Origin: an uncultured bacterium
Lineage (GTDB): Bacteria > Chloroflexota > UBA5177 > JANWHV01
Direction: 5' to 3'
NCBI GenBank assembly: GCA_963729625.1
Contig: CAVSOU010000014.1
Location: 129,350-193,349 of the forward strand
Length of the DNA stretch: 64,000 nucleotides
The position numbers and the translations under genes are program-made. A model generated the notes under the pieces. It was not told where the DNA came from and made no database searches. It saw only the letters and a list, made by a program, of their open reading frames with translations. This document shows, piece after piece, positions 1 through 12,099 of this stretch (position 1 is its first letter; each line of letters starts with the position of its first letter).

Positions 1-486
<486 letters not shown>

Positions 487-495
487 TCACGTACC

Positions 496-2442
<1,947 letters not shown>

Positions 2443-2736
2443 CTAATAAGTCGATTGTCCCACGGGCATAGACCTCGGTCAAGGACACCATGATACACGC
2501 CGGGCCTGCTGAATAGGCGTAGATTGGCCTCCACCGCGTGGAGGTCGCGCACGCGCTAAGCGTAGCACGCCGACCTCTGGCGTGGCGCGGGCGCTGGGTC
2601 GCGAACGTGCGATGGCATCCTGCGCGTGTCCGTACTGAGTGCAGCAAGCGTTACAACCGATACAGACTCGGATACAAGCATGTGCTTCAATGGTTGGAGC
2701 ATCGTGCATGATGCAGCAAACACTGCAGGCAAAGTC

Positions 2737-2922
2737 ATGGAACTCGACTACGAATGGGCGGAACCGGTGGCCACGAAGATCAACCGCCGCCGAAGAGAGG
2801 AAGCTAACCGAAATCGGCCGGTCGTGCACGGTGCCGTGCGGTATCTCGGGCACCGGCCAGATCCCAAGCACGAGCGACGGCGCGATGCGCAGGTCGCGCG
2901 GCAGGCTCGGCGCCGATCATAG
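2737..2922 (+). CDS. Possible small basic hypothetical protein (61 aa)
   Basis: MELDYEWAEPVATKINRRRREE...; Arg-rich, weak RBS, no recognisable family. Its stop abuts the predicted RNA. Confidence 0.3.
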   Translation: MELDYEWAEPVATKINRRRREEANRNRPVVHGAVRYLGHRPDPKHERRRDAQVARQARRRS

Positions 2923-3098
2923 TGTCCCGGCGGTCTCCACGCAGTCTGTATCGTATTTACGTGCTACGGAGTAACCAAGACGGGATCCCAATCGGACGGC
3001 ACGGTTCTTGAGGCGCGGACGTCCTGATCCGCCGGGCACGAGCCGGCTATCCACCTCATCGCCAAGACGTGACTTCCCTGCGGACTCCGGGGTGGCAC
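2922..3098 (+). ncRNA. Structured ~177-nt RNA, 6S RNA-like rod with central bubble
   Basis: Nested pairings: GTGTC(2922-26)/GGCAC(3094-98), CCGG(2927-30)/CCGG(3087-90), GGTC(2932-35)/GACT(3083-86), CGCAG(2940-44)/CTGCG(3078-82), TTACGT(2957-62)/ACGTGA(3067-72), then a bubble, GGAT(2983-86)/ATCC(3049-52), CGGTTC(3002-07)/GAGCCG(3040-45), GCGGA(3015-19)/TCCGC(3028-32). The G-U pairs work on the + strand. Confidence 0.5.
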
Positions 3099-3102
3099 CA
3101 AT

Positions 3103-3759
3103 TCAGGACAGCGAGAAGGGTGGATACTGGTCGGTCAGTCCATACAGGAACGCATAGACTCGCACCTGCCATCTGATCGTTCCGGCGTAGAGGTCGTAGG
3201 GGACTTTGGCGAAGCGACCGTTCATAAGCACCGGTACCCAGCTAACCAGCATAAAGGCGAAGCATGCCATTCTCAGTGCCGACAATACGATCATGTGGGG
3301 CCAGAGGCAGATCATCTTCGCGAAGAAACCGACGAACGGTATGGCCCAGCCCCTCGTCGCGCTCCGCTGCTGCTCGAATGTAACGATGGGGTCTCCGCCA
3401 CCAGGCTCATCGGCAAAGCTGAATGACGGGTACTTGTCGCTGAGGCCAAACAGGAAGCCACCCACTCGCGTGTACCATCGAACGTAGCCGCCGACCAGTA
3501 CGAAGCCAATTGCCGGGTAAACGCCGACAAATAGCACCGGTATCCACAACACGAGCTGGGCCAGCCAGACGATCATGGAGACGATGCACATGGCAATGAA
3601 GAATGGGATCAGCATGACAATCTTCAGCACCATGCCGAGTATCGGTACAGCATACAGCATGTTGTTGTTGTCAGGGCGCGGGAACTCCACCGACACGGGA
3701 TAATCGCCAGCCACGCCAGGCGACTGCCTAACCCATTCACCCTCGAGTGTCGTATTCAA
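3103..3759 (-). CDS. DUF4389-like membrane protein (two repeats)
   Basis: Two hydrophobic repeats, each ending RW..RV..FL.GL(S/T)D.YP.FS. Confidence 0.8.
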   Translation of the reverse strand: MNTTLEGEWVRQSPGVAGDYPVSVEFPRPDNNNMLYAVPILGMVLKIVMLIPFFIAMCIVSMIVWLAQLVLWIPVLFVGVYPAIGFVLVGGYVRWYTRVGGFLFGLSDKYPSFSFADEPGGGDPIVTFEQQRSATRGWAIPFVGFFAKMICLWPHMIVLSALRMACFAFMLVSWVPVLMNGRFAKVPYDLYAGTIRWQVRVYAFLYGLTDQYPPFSLS

Positions 3760-3976
3760 AGACTGCCTCCCGGTGTCTCGGCTTCACTGCGCCGCAGAGT
3801 TGGACGCACCGCAGCTACTATACGCGCGGTCCGGAGGGCGCGCAACAGGAAATTTGTTGCCGTCTCATCCGCCGGCCGAGGCTCAGCCGAAAGCCACGCG
3901 CCGCGAGTCGCCCAACAGGCTGCGGCAGCGCCGCCGGCCGCGTACAGCTGCGCTCCGCTGCGTGACCGCGAGCGGT

Positions 3977-4486
3977 CTAGGCGAAAGCAGTCTTAACGAA
4001 CAGGCCGCGGCCGCCGAACATGCCTCGGCGGACTACGTCTACAATCGTCATCGCGTCCACGGGCGTCTGCGTGGTAAACCGCTTCTGCACATACATGCCA
4101 ACCGGCGGCGCCAGGAACAACGACACCAACGACGCGAGGATGGCACGGCTATAGCGGTTTCTCCTGGGCGGTATCTCGCCGACCAGCACCGACGAGAGGC
4201 CGGCCATCATGCCCGCCACCGCCAGGTTGGTTCCACAACGCGGATGGATGGCCATTTCGGGCTCGCCGTTGCGCAGGCGGTGCAACGCCTCATCGGCGCA
4301 CTCGATCAGATCCTCTTCGTTAACCGCGCCATGAACGTAGAAGCCTCCGGCAGTCGAGCGCCCGCGCAGAACGATGCGAGGGTTACGCTGTGTGAGTAGC
4401 AGGATCGTCGCATGTTCAAGGGCATGGTTCTGTCGGACGCGAGGTCCGAGGAGCATCTGTTCGATAATGTCCTGTGGCTTGCCCAT
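3977..4486 (-). CDS. DUF6391-like protein
   Basis: RVRQNHALEHATI and AIHPRCGTN motifs, plus two hydrophobic segments. Confidence 0.7.
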   Translation of the reverse strand: MGKPQDIIEQMLLGPRVRQNHALEHATILLLTQRNPRIVLRGRSTAGGFYVHGAVNEEDLIECADEALHRLRNGEPEMAIHPRCGTNLAVAGMMAGLSSVLVGEIPPRRNRYSRAILASLVSLFLAPPVGMYVQKRFTTQTPVDAMTIVDVVRRGMFGGRGLFVKTAFA

Positions 4487-4652
4487 GAAGTACTCCCTCT
4501 CCCTGCGAGGCGTTGTGCGGGTGTGTCGCGTGCCGAGTGCGATCTCTGGTCAGATGTTGGATTCCAAGATCCGCTGCAGGAAGCCAACACGGCCCGGCAG
4601 CCCGCGCTGCCCGCCCGGAAATCTGTGCCGGCGCGGCGCACCCAAATCATTC

Positions 4653-7625
4653 CTAGCGTGGCTCCACGAAGGTGGTTATCGAGTTGTTCCCAGAGTCGGC
4701 CACGTGTGCCTGACCGGTCATGTCGACCACGACCGAGACAGGCTTGGAGAACTGCGCTCCTCCCCAGGCGAAGAGGGGCTTGCCGGCACTGCTATACACC
4801 AGCATACGCGCTCCTACAGGATCCGGCACGAAGACACGGCCGGATGTGTCGACTGCGATCTGCGGCTCGTCATAACCGCCTTGCCACGACGTTACCTGGA
4901 ACGACGAGACATATTGACCGGTGCCGGAAAACTGCTGCACCCGAGCATTCCAATAGTCGGCGACAAACAAGTGGCCGGAAGCATCGACCGCGACGCTGCT
5001 CGGCTCGTTCAGTTGGCCCGGTGCGCTGCCTGGCTGGCCGATCGATCGCAGGAATCTGCCGGTGGCATCGAATACCTGGATGCGCTTGTGACCGGTATCC
5101 GCCACATAGACGGTGCCGTCAGACCCCACCGCGATACCTCGCGGCCCGTAGAAGTCGTCGTTCTTCAGATTCGTCTGTTCGAGGTTCTGCTGGCCCCACT
5201 TACGGATGAAGGCGCCGGTTGGCGAAAACTCCTGGACACGTCCGTTCCACGTGTCAGTCACATAGACGTTGCCATTCGGCGCCACGGCGACGCCGCCGAT
5301 GCCCGGAGCATACTTACCGTTGAATTCGCCATCCGCGTCGCCCGCCTTACCCCATTTGCGCAGTACTGCGCCAGCCGGAGAGAGTTCGACGATCTGCCGT
5401 GCCGTCGAGTCGCCAACATACGTGTCGCCCTTCGCGTCCAGCGCGACCGGCCCGACGCTGCTAAAGGAGGTCGCTGAAGCGTTGAGCGTGGCAACTGGAC
5501 TCAAAGCCTTGGTCAGATTCGCAAACGGGTTCTGTGCCGCGATGGTCTGCTCCTGCTGCTGTGCCTGGGCTTGCAAGGCGGGCGAGAGGTATTGCGTGTC
5601 TTGCTTGCTCACCAGAAACCAGAAGATCACCTGGTTCCCGTCGCCATCCCACGCGTGTGGCGAGAAGGGTTTCCGCTGGATCTCCCACTGCATGATGCGG
5701 GACCACGTAGATGGTGAGACCAGATCTTTCAGAAAGTATCCGGCCCGGGTTGTGATCGGAAGCAGTGCGCCGGTGTTCAGATCGCGTCGCTCAGCATACG
5801 TCTTGTATTCTTCCGGATTCCACCAGCGAAGCGTCTCATGGAACGCGACGTAGCGGCCCAAGAGCGTGTTCTTTAGCGTCTGATAGTTGGCGTCGCTCAC
5901 AAGCAACACTGGCTGCGTGGGAGATCCGTAGTCGGAGGCCTTCGTGGGATATGCATCGGTCGTGAACCTGCCCCCATCGCGCAAATAGAAGACCCATGGC
6001 CACTCGTCCTCATTGTCGACCTGCACGTGCAGCGTCCCGTTCAAATGGCTCTGGATGTTGTCCATCTCGTTGACGACCTTTGGCACGTCCGGCGACGTCT
6101 GAACGTACACCATGTACTCGACAGGGCTTGCTCCATTGACGTACGCGAGTGTAAAGGCGTTGTGAGTGCTGAACAGCGCGCACACAACCGCGGCGACAAT
6201 CGATAGCACGCGCACCCAGCGACGCAACGCTGTGACCGCGGCTACCAAGCCGATCGCCGCCAGCACGCTGAGCGGCACCACCAGGTGAAGCGCGTTCCAC
6301 GGCATCTTTTCCGAGGTCCAGCCGTAGATCAGGAATGAGGCAACCGTCCAGGACAGGATCAAGATAGAGGCGAAGTCGCGCAGCTTTCGCACGACATACA
6401 CGGCGCCCACGATCCCGAACAGCGTGACGAGCCACTCGTAGGCGGGGATGAGGAACAGGTAGTAGTACCATGGCTGGCCGCCTCGCGCCACGGGCTGTTG
6501 TGCTTGCCAGTATTGGAGACCGCCGAAAAGGCCGTCCGTGCTGTAGGTAAACGGCTTGGATGCCTGGCCCGGTATGTCCAGCGTCGTGGCAACCTTGTTC
6601 GATCCCGGAATGAACGCCCACGAAGGGGGATCGCCGATCGGCCAGTAGAGCAACAGGAACAGGGCGACGAAGGGGAGTATGGCTAGGGCCCAGGCAGTCC
6701 AGGGAGTAGCTCGAACAGCATCGGTCACCAGCCCGCTGCGGCTGCTCGTCGCCACTGCATACACGACGAAGGCGCCGACAAGTGCCGCACCGGCCACCGA
6801 GATAAACAGGTGGTTTACGCCGATGCCGGCAAGGATGACGACAAATCCCGCTGCCGGAACGACAAGCTCATATCCGCGAACAATCTCGATCGCGATCATT
6901 ATGGCCATGAACGCGCCCAGCATGGCCAAATTGAGGTAGATACTTTCCTTCGCCGCGTACGCCATGCCGGTGGATACTCCGAACAAGTAAAGCCACCGAT
7001 AGTGATAGCGGCTGCCGTCCGCGTAGTCCGCGATGTAGCGAATCATCGTCGCCACCATCAGGAACGTGAACAGTGCGAACTGCATGTCTTCGCGCGCGAA
7101 TCGCGAGAAATACAGTGTCGTAGGCGAGATGGCGAGCATACCCATCAGGGCAAACACCGGCCAGCGTCCAAGCTGGCGTCGCAACAGCCAGGGCGCTGCT
7201 ACGAGGGCCGTACCCGCGGTCACCGACCAGAGGCGTGCAGAGAACGGACTGGACCCGAATATCCAATAGAAGAAAGCCATCATGTGGAATTGCAGCGGTC
7301 CGTGCATCATCGGATCATAGTGATATTCGGGGTTCGACCGTCCCATCAGATACCATGAATACGTTGCGTGCAGGCTCTCGTCGTGGTGGAGCGGTCGATC
7401 GCCGAGCCAGATCAGGCGGAGGGTCAGTGACGCAATGACCATGCCAACCATGATGAGCATATCCGCGTCGACTCGAATGGCCGGAAACGCGCGCGCGAAT
7501 ACATTTGCTCGCGAATCCGTTGTTGACTCAGAAGGATGGTCTCCGAGACGCGGCCTGGCCGCTTCGATGGAAATCCCGGCAGAAGCGGAGGCACTCCCCG
7601 CCCCGCCGGCCGATGTACCGCTCAT
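4653..7625 (-). CDS. TIGR03663/Agl23-like GT-C membrane glycosyltransferase with a C-terminal NHL-repeat beta-propeller
   Basis: LHHDESLH, YDPMMHGP, YFSRFARED, many TM helices, EYMVYVQT; C-terminal repeats such as GPRGIAVGSDGTVYVADTGHKRIQVF. Confidence 0.85.
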   Translation of the reverse strand: MSGTSAGGAGSASASAGISIEAARPRLGDHPSESTTDSRANVFARAFPAIRVDADMLIMVGMVIASLTLRLIWLGDRPLHHDESLHATYSWYLMGRSNPEYHYDPMMHGPLQFHMMAFFYWIFGSSPFSARLWSVTAGTALVAAPWLLRRQLGRWPVFALMGMLAISPTTLYFSRFAREDMQFALFTFLMVATMIRYIADYADGSRYHYRWLYLFGVSTGMAYAAKESIYLNLAMLGAFMAIMIAIEIVRGYELVVPAAGFVVILAGIGVNHLFISVAGAALVGAFVVYAVATSSRSGLVTDAVRATPWTAWALAILPFVALFLLLYWPIGDPPSWAFIPGSNKVATTLDIPGQASKPFTYSTDGLFGGLQYWQAQQPVARGGQPWYYYLFLIPAYEWLVTLFGIVGAVYVVRKLRDFASILILSWTVASFLIYGWTSEKMPWNALHLVVPLSVLAAIGLVAAVTALRRWVRVLSIVAAVVCALFSTHNAFTLAYVNGASPVEYMVYVQTSPDVPKVVNEMDNIQSHLNGTLHVQVDNEDEWPWVFYLRDGGRFTTDAYPTKASDYGSPTQPVLLVSDANYQTLKNTLLGRYVAFHETLRWWNPEEYKTYAERRDLNTGALLPITTRAGYFLKDLVSPSTWSRIMQWEIQRKPFSPHAWDGDGNQVIFWFLVSKQDTQYLSPALQAQAQQQEQTIAAQNPFANLTKALSPVATLNASATSFSSVGPVALDAKGDTYVGDSTARQIVELSPAGAVLRKWGKAGDADGEFNGKYAPGIGGVAVAPNGNVYVTDTWNGRVQEFSPTGAFIRKWGQQNLEQTNLKNDDFYGPRGIAVGSDGTVYVADTGHKRIQVFDATGRFLRSIGQPGSAPGQLNEPSSVAVDASGHLFVADYWNARVQQFSGTGQYVSSFQVTSWQGGYDEPQIAVDTSGRVFVPDPVGARMLVYSSAGKPLFAWGGAQFSKPVSVVVDMTGQAHVADSGNNSITTFVEPR

Positions 7626-7830
7626 GAGGGACCCTTCCGAGCTCGAACTGAAACCTTAAACGCGCTACAACACCAGCATACGCGGTGGAGATGGATCCAG
7701 TACAAGCCCACTATGCCATATCGTCCACAACGAGTCACTGAACCGATAGCACTATGAAGCCGGCTCAGGCGCCCAGCGCGGATAGATCAACCGGCGGCCT
7801 TGAAGGCCTGCGGAATTAGCGGAGGATGCT

Positions 7831-8481
7831 ATGCGTACCGTGACGAGCCTAAAGCCCGCGCGCGGCCGCCCAGGCTACGTGTATGTCGCGGTTGACGGCA
7901 CCGCGTTGGGTTGCGTGAGCGCTCAAGACACGGAGGCACTCGGTATTGTGTCAGGGGCCCAGCTGGACGAGGCGCTCGCCTCGCGGCTCGAGCTGCTCGC
8001 CGGACGCGCGGAGGCCCTGCGGGTCGCGAACCGGTTCATCGCGTTTCGACCGCGCAGCGTGAGCGAGGTGCGGCAGCGACTCCGACGGGCTGGAATCGAT
8101 GGTGGAATCGTCGAGTCGGCGCTGGAGTCGCTCATCGCCGACGGCCTGCTGGATGACAAACGGTTCGCGGATGCATGGGTGGAGAATCGTGCTGCATTCA
8201 GCCCGCGGTCGCCACGACTCCTTCAAATGGAGCTTCGGCGAAAGGGCGTCGACAGGGAGACAGTAGACGAGAGTATGGAGCAGGCGAGCGGATCGGACGA
8301 GACAGCGCTTGCCGTCGAAACGGGCCGCCGGCGACTGCATAAATACCGACAGACTGACCGCCGAGAGTTCGATCGGGCGCTCGGATCGTTCCTGGCGCGT
8401 CGTGGATTCAGTGCTGACGCGACCCGCGGCGCCCTGGAAACGCTGTGGTCAGAGCGATCGGGCGACGGTGGTTCCTTGTAG
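7831..8481 (+). CDS. recX: Regulatory protein RecX
   Basis: RPRSVSEVRQRL, GLLDDKRFADAWV, ELRRKGV, FLARRGFS; GGAGG RBS. Confidence 0.9.
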   Translation: MRTVTSLKPARGRPGYVYVAVDGTALGCVSAQDTEALGIVSGAQLDEALASRLELLAGRAEALRVANRFIAFRPRSVSEVRQRLRRAGIDGGIVESALESLIADGLLDDKRFADAWVENRAAFSPRSPRLLQMELRRKGVDRETVDESMEQASGSDETALAVETGRRRLHKYRQTDRREFDRALGSFLARRGFSADATRGALETLWSERSGDGGSL

Positions 8482-8595
8482 GTAGTCCAACCCGTGTGGG
8501 ACACTTGAGGCATGCATCGCGCTCGGACGATGATGCGCCGACCGGCCGCCGCTGTCTTGCCTGCGCCGGCAGGACCTGTGAAGGACATACAGCAC

Positions 8596-9624
8596 GTGAT
8601 TATCATCCTGAAGATCGGGACGCCAGAGAACCAGCGCAACCATGTCATCGAACGCTTGCAAGAGCTCGGCTTTGGGACCAATGTGTCGGGTACCGAGCAC
8701 ACGGTCATCGGCGCGATCGGAGTTCCGGAGGAAGCCAAGGCCCGGCTGGCAGAGAATCTCGCGGCACTCGAGTACGTCGAGCAGGTCATACCTGTAACGT
8801 CGAAGTTCAAGCTTGCCAGCCGGCAGTTCCAACGGGAGCCTACGGTTGTTCGCCTGGGCAGAGTCGAAGTGGGCGGCAAGCGCGTGATCGTGATGGCCGG
8901 CCCGTGCTCGGTTGAGTCGCGCGAGCAGCTCTTTGCGACCGCCGAGGCGGTTTCGGCTTCCGGCGCTACAGTCTTGCGCGGCGGTGCATTCAAGCCGCGA
9001 ACATCCCCGTACGAGTTCCAGGGACACGGTGAGGACGGGCTGAAGCTGCTGCTAGAGGCTGGCGAACAGTATGGGCTCGCCGTGATCACCGAGGTGGTCG
9101 ATCCGCACGACGTCGAGCTCGTCTCTCGCTACGCCCAGTGCTTGCAGATCGGCGCGCGCAACATGCAGAACTATGTCCTCTTGCGCGAGGTGGGCCGGGG
9201 CTCGACACCGGTGTTACTCAAACGGGGTGGAATGTATCCGACCATCGAAAACTGGCTCCTCGCGGCCGAGTACGTCTTGCAGGGCGGAAACCGGCAGGTG
9301 ATTCTGTGCGAGAGGGGGCTGCCCGTGGCGGGCGATGTTTCGCTGCGCCGAAATCTGCTTGACCTTACTGCGGTGCCGATCGTTCGTGAGCTGTCGCACT
9401 TGCCCATCGTGGTCGATCCGAGCCATGGGACCGGGCGCCAAGGCCTGATCAGCGTGATGTCGAAAGGCGCCATAGCGGTTGGAGCAGATGGGCTGATCGT
9501 CGAGGTTCATCCGCGTCCAGAAGAGGCATGGTCGGACGGGCCGCAGTCGTTGAGGCCGGATGCCTTTGCTCAGATGATGCGTGAGCTTCCCGCCTTTGCT
9601 GCCGCGGCGGGCCGTACTCTCTAG
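8596..9624 (+). CDS. aroF: 3-deoxy-7-phosphoheptulonate (DAHP) synthase, class I-beta, with N-terminal regulatory domain
   Basis: MAGPCSVES, RGGAFKPRTSPYEFQG, QIGARNMQN, VDPSHGTG; GTG start at 8596 after AAGGA. Confidence 0.93.
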   Translation: MIIILKIGTPENQRNHVIERLQELGFGTNVSGTEHTVIGAIGVPEEAKARLAENLAALEYVEQVIPVTSKFKLASRQFQREPTVVRLGRVEVGGKRVIVMAGPCSVESREQLFATAEAVSASGATVLRGGAFKPRTSPYEFQGHGEDGLKLLLEAGEQYGLAVITEVVDPHDVELVSRYAQCLQIGARNMQNYVLLREVGRGSTPVLLKRGGMYPTIENWLLAAEYVLQGGNRQVILCERGLPVAGDVSLRRNLLDLTAVPIVRELSHLPIVVDPSHGTGRQGLISVMSKGAIAVGADGLIVEVHPRPEEAWSDGPQSLRPDAFAQMMRELPAFAAAAGRTL

Positions 9625-9626
9625 AT

Positions 9627-11357
9627 ATGCATCCCAGCGCAGAACCGCAAGTCATGGTACCGCCTCGGAGGCGGTTTCGGCTGTTTCCGCAGGCGGGCCT
9701 GCGGCTGGAGGCCGGCGCCGACGATGCTGTCCAGGGAGCTGCGGTCGCTTCGCGAACGTTTCCCTCCGCTCAAGTTTTCTTCTTTGCCTTGACCTGCGTG
9801 GTCGTGTTCGGTGTTGTCGCGGTCGTGTACTTTGCCAGCCTGACGAACAATCTGAGCGTCGAAGGCGACAACGCGATTTATATGATTCTGGCCAAAGCCA
9901 TGAACGCGGGCCACGGTTACACCAATATACAAGGACCAACGCCGCGCATCGAAGCGCAATACCCGCCGCTTTTCCCGATCATGCTGGTGCCCATCGTTCG
10001 CGTGTTTGGCGTCGGCGGCGTGCTGCAGATGCAAGCATTGGTAACGTGCTTCGCGCTGGCGTCGTTCGCAGTGGGATTGGTCCTCTTCAAGCGATGGACG
10101 GAGAGCGCGCTCCTTTCCCTTGCGATCATGCTCGCGACCGCTGAGTCCGACCTCGTGTGGTCGTTTTCACACAAGGTCCTGACAGAGATTCCCTATCTCT
10201 TCGTCACGCTATTGACCTGCCTGCTGCTAACGCTGTACGGGCATGAAACACGTTGGCGCACGTGGACGGGACTATCGGTCGTCCTTGCCGCCGGCGCAGT
10301 GTTTCTGACGAGGACGGTCGGGGTGAGCATGTGCGTTGCCGTGCCGGCATATCTGGTGCTGGCGCCGCCACTTCGTCACCGTCACGACTGGGACCTGCGC
10401 ATTCGGAAGGCGATCGCGACGACTGTCGGGATCGCCGTCCTGGCCGGAGCCTGGACGCTGAGAAACAGGGCTGTCTACTCCGGTCAGGGACACAACTACA
10501 TCGGCCAGTTCTTGCTTAAGGAGGCCTACGTACCCGACAACGGCAAAGTGACGTCCAACGAGCTTGTTACCCGCATGGCTGACAACGCGGCCTACTACGC
10601 CGACCAGTTTCAACGCACGCTGCTGGGCCACGAATGGGACAGGATGACTACGGCTCCCCTTGTGTCGCACGTGCTGCTTGCGTGCGCGATCGTTGGCTTC
10701 GCCGTTGCACTGTGGCGACAGCGCACCGTGGCCGAGTTCTACGTGGCCGGCTACAGCCTGATTGTCCTTCTTTGGCCGTGGCAGGATCTCCGCTTCGCGG
10801 TCCCCATCATGCCGTTTATCTTCTACTACATGGCCATGGCCCTACACGCAGCAGTGTTCTTCGCGTCTCGCCTGCGCCACCTCGACCCAAGGGTTGTAGC
10901 CGCACTCGTGCTCATCCCGCTTACCATTCCTACCGGAGCGCATACGGTGCACATCGCGCGAGACGACCGTGCGGCAGGCTACCACTATCAGAGCGACAAG
11001 TTGGGAGAATGGGTAGCGTACCCGGACTGGCAAGACTTCCACGCCGCAGCCATGTGGCTGAAGGTTCACGCTATTCCCGGCAGCACCGTGATCAATCGTA
11101 GCCCGAATATCTTCTACCTATGGACCGGTTTGGCGTCGAGGAATTATCCGTACACGTTCAATGAGTGGAGCGTCATGCAGGACGTTAGCGCGGAACATGT
11201 CGACTACATGCTGCTTGACGATTTCAGCTGGACCTACACGACAAACGTCTACATGAGGCCGGTCGTTAAGCGCTATCCCGATCGCTTCGTGCTTTTGCAC
11301 CGATTCCGCGGCGCGGCAGTCTATGCCGTCGTCCATAGCACGCCTGCCGGAAGCTAA
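9627..11357 (+). CDS. GT-C fold (ArnT/PMT-like) membrane glycosyltransferase
   Basis: First loop GDNAIY...YPPLFP, VLTEIPYL, multiple TM helices, RFAVPIMP. Confidence 0.75.
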   Translation: MHPSAEPQVMVPPRRRFRLFPQAGLRLEAGADDAVQGAAVASRTFPSAQVFFFALTCVVVFGVVAVVYFASLTNNLSVEGDNAIYMILAKAMNAGHGYTNIQGPTPRIEAQYPPLFPIMLVPIVRVFGVGGVLQMQALVTCFALASFAVGLVLFKRWTESALLSLAIMLATAESDLVWSFSHKVLTEIPYLFVTLLTCLLLTLYGHETRWRTWTGLSVVLAAGAVFLTRTVGVSMCVAVPAYLVLAPPLRHRHDWDLRIRKAIATTVGIAVLAGAWTLRNRAVYSGQGHNYIGQFLLKEAYVPDNGKVTSNELVTRMADNAAYYADQFQRTLLGHEWDRMTTAPLVSHVLLACAIVGFAVALWRQRTVAEFYVAGYSLIVLLWPWQDLRFAVPIMPFIFYYMAMALHAAVFFASRLRHLDPRVVAALVLIPLTIPTGAHTVHIARDDRAAGYHYQSDKLGEWVAYPDWQDFHAAAMWLKVHAIPGSTVINRSPNIFYLWTGLASRNYPYTFNEWSVMQDVSAEHVDYMLLDDFSWTYTTNVYMRPVVKRYPDRFVLLHRFRGAAVYAVVHSTPAGS

Positions 11358-11467
11358 GCGGGCTCCAGGCCAGTCGGCGTTGTCTCGCGCGTTGACTGCA
11401 CAGTCACAGACGCACCAGGGAAGACCCGATTGTGTATCCTCAATGAGTAGTCTGAGGAGAGTCCTGG

Positions 11468-11905
11468 ATGTTCCCGCACGACGACGGTGGGCCGGGTCCG
11501 GCTCCTGGCGCGCCACTTCGCGTCCTGGTGGCCAAGCCTGGGCTCGACGGGCACGATCGAGGTGCGAAGGTGATTGCGCATGCCCTGAAGGACGCCGGGA
11601 TGGAAGTGATCTATACTGGGCTGCGGCAGACTCCTGAGCAGATCGTCAATGCCGCGATTCAGGAAGATGTGTCCGTCATATGCTTGAGCATACTGTCGGG
11701 AGCGCACATGACGCTCCTGCCCAAGATAGTTGATCTGCTACGGCAGCGCGACGCAGCGGACATGCTCATGCTCGCGGGCGGCACTATCCCCGACGCAGAT
11801 ATCCCCAAACTCAAGGCGGCCGGGATCGCCGAAATATTCACGCCCGGGACCGACACGCGCGATGTCGTCGCCTTCATCAAGAATCACGCGCACGCGCCGG
11901 TCTAG
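11468..11905 (+). CDS. Cobalamin-binding subunit of methylmalonyl-CoA mutase family
   Basis: [12 protein letters not shown] (DxHxxG), [19 protein letters not shown]. Confidence 0.92.
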   Translation: MFPHDDGGPGPAPGAPLRVLVAKPGLDGHDRGAKVIAHALKDAGMEVIYTGLRQTPEQIVNAAIQEDVSVICLSILSGAHMTLLPKIVDLLRQRDAADMLMLAGGTIPDADIPKLKAAGIAEIFTPGTDTRDVVAFIKNHAHAPV

Positions 11906-12099
11906 CACGTCAACCGCGGCATTGTCCGCGGTGACCCGCCCTGGAAGGCCGGGCTTTGGCAATGCAGCTCGGCCGGCGCCCTGGGCCACAGTCGGCCAAT
12001 CGAATGTGATACGGGCGGCCCGAGGATACGCCGGAAGTTGCGCCGCCTGCGTGTTGAGCGGTATCGAGCCAGTGCCTCAGGCGTGAAGGAGGATGCAGC

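Noticed and set aside
2961-3100. tRNA, tmRNA, SRP RNA or cobalamin riboswitch identity for the structured RNA
   Set aside because: It ends in CCA but lacks a T-loop and a 7-bp acceptor stem, and has no SRP GGAA-loop motif. The minus-strand GGTGCC..AGGGAA lacks the rest of the B12 box.
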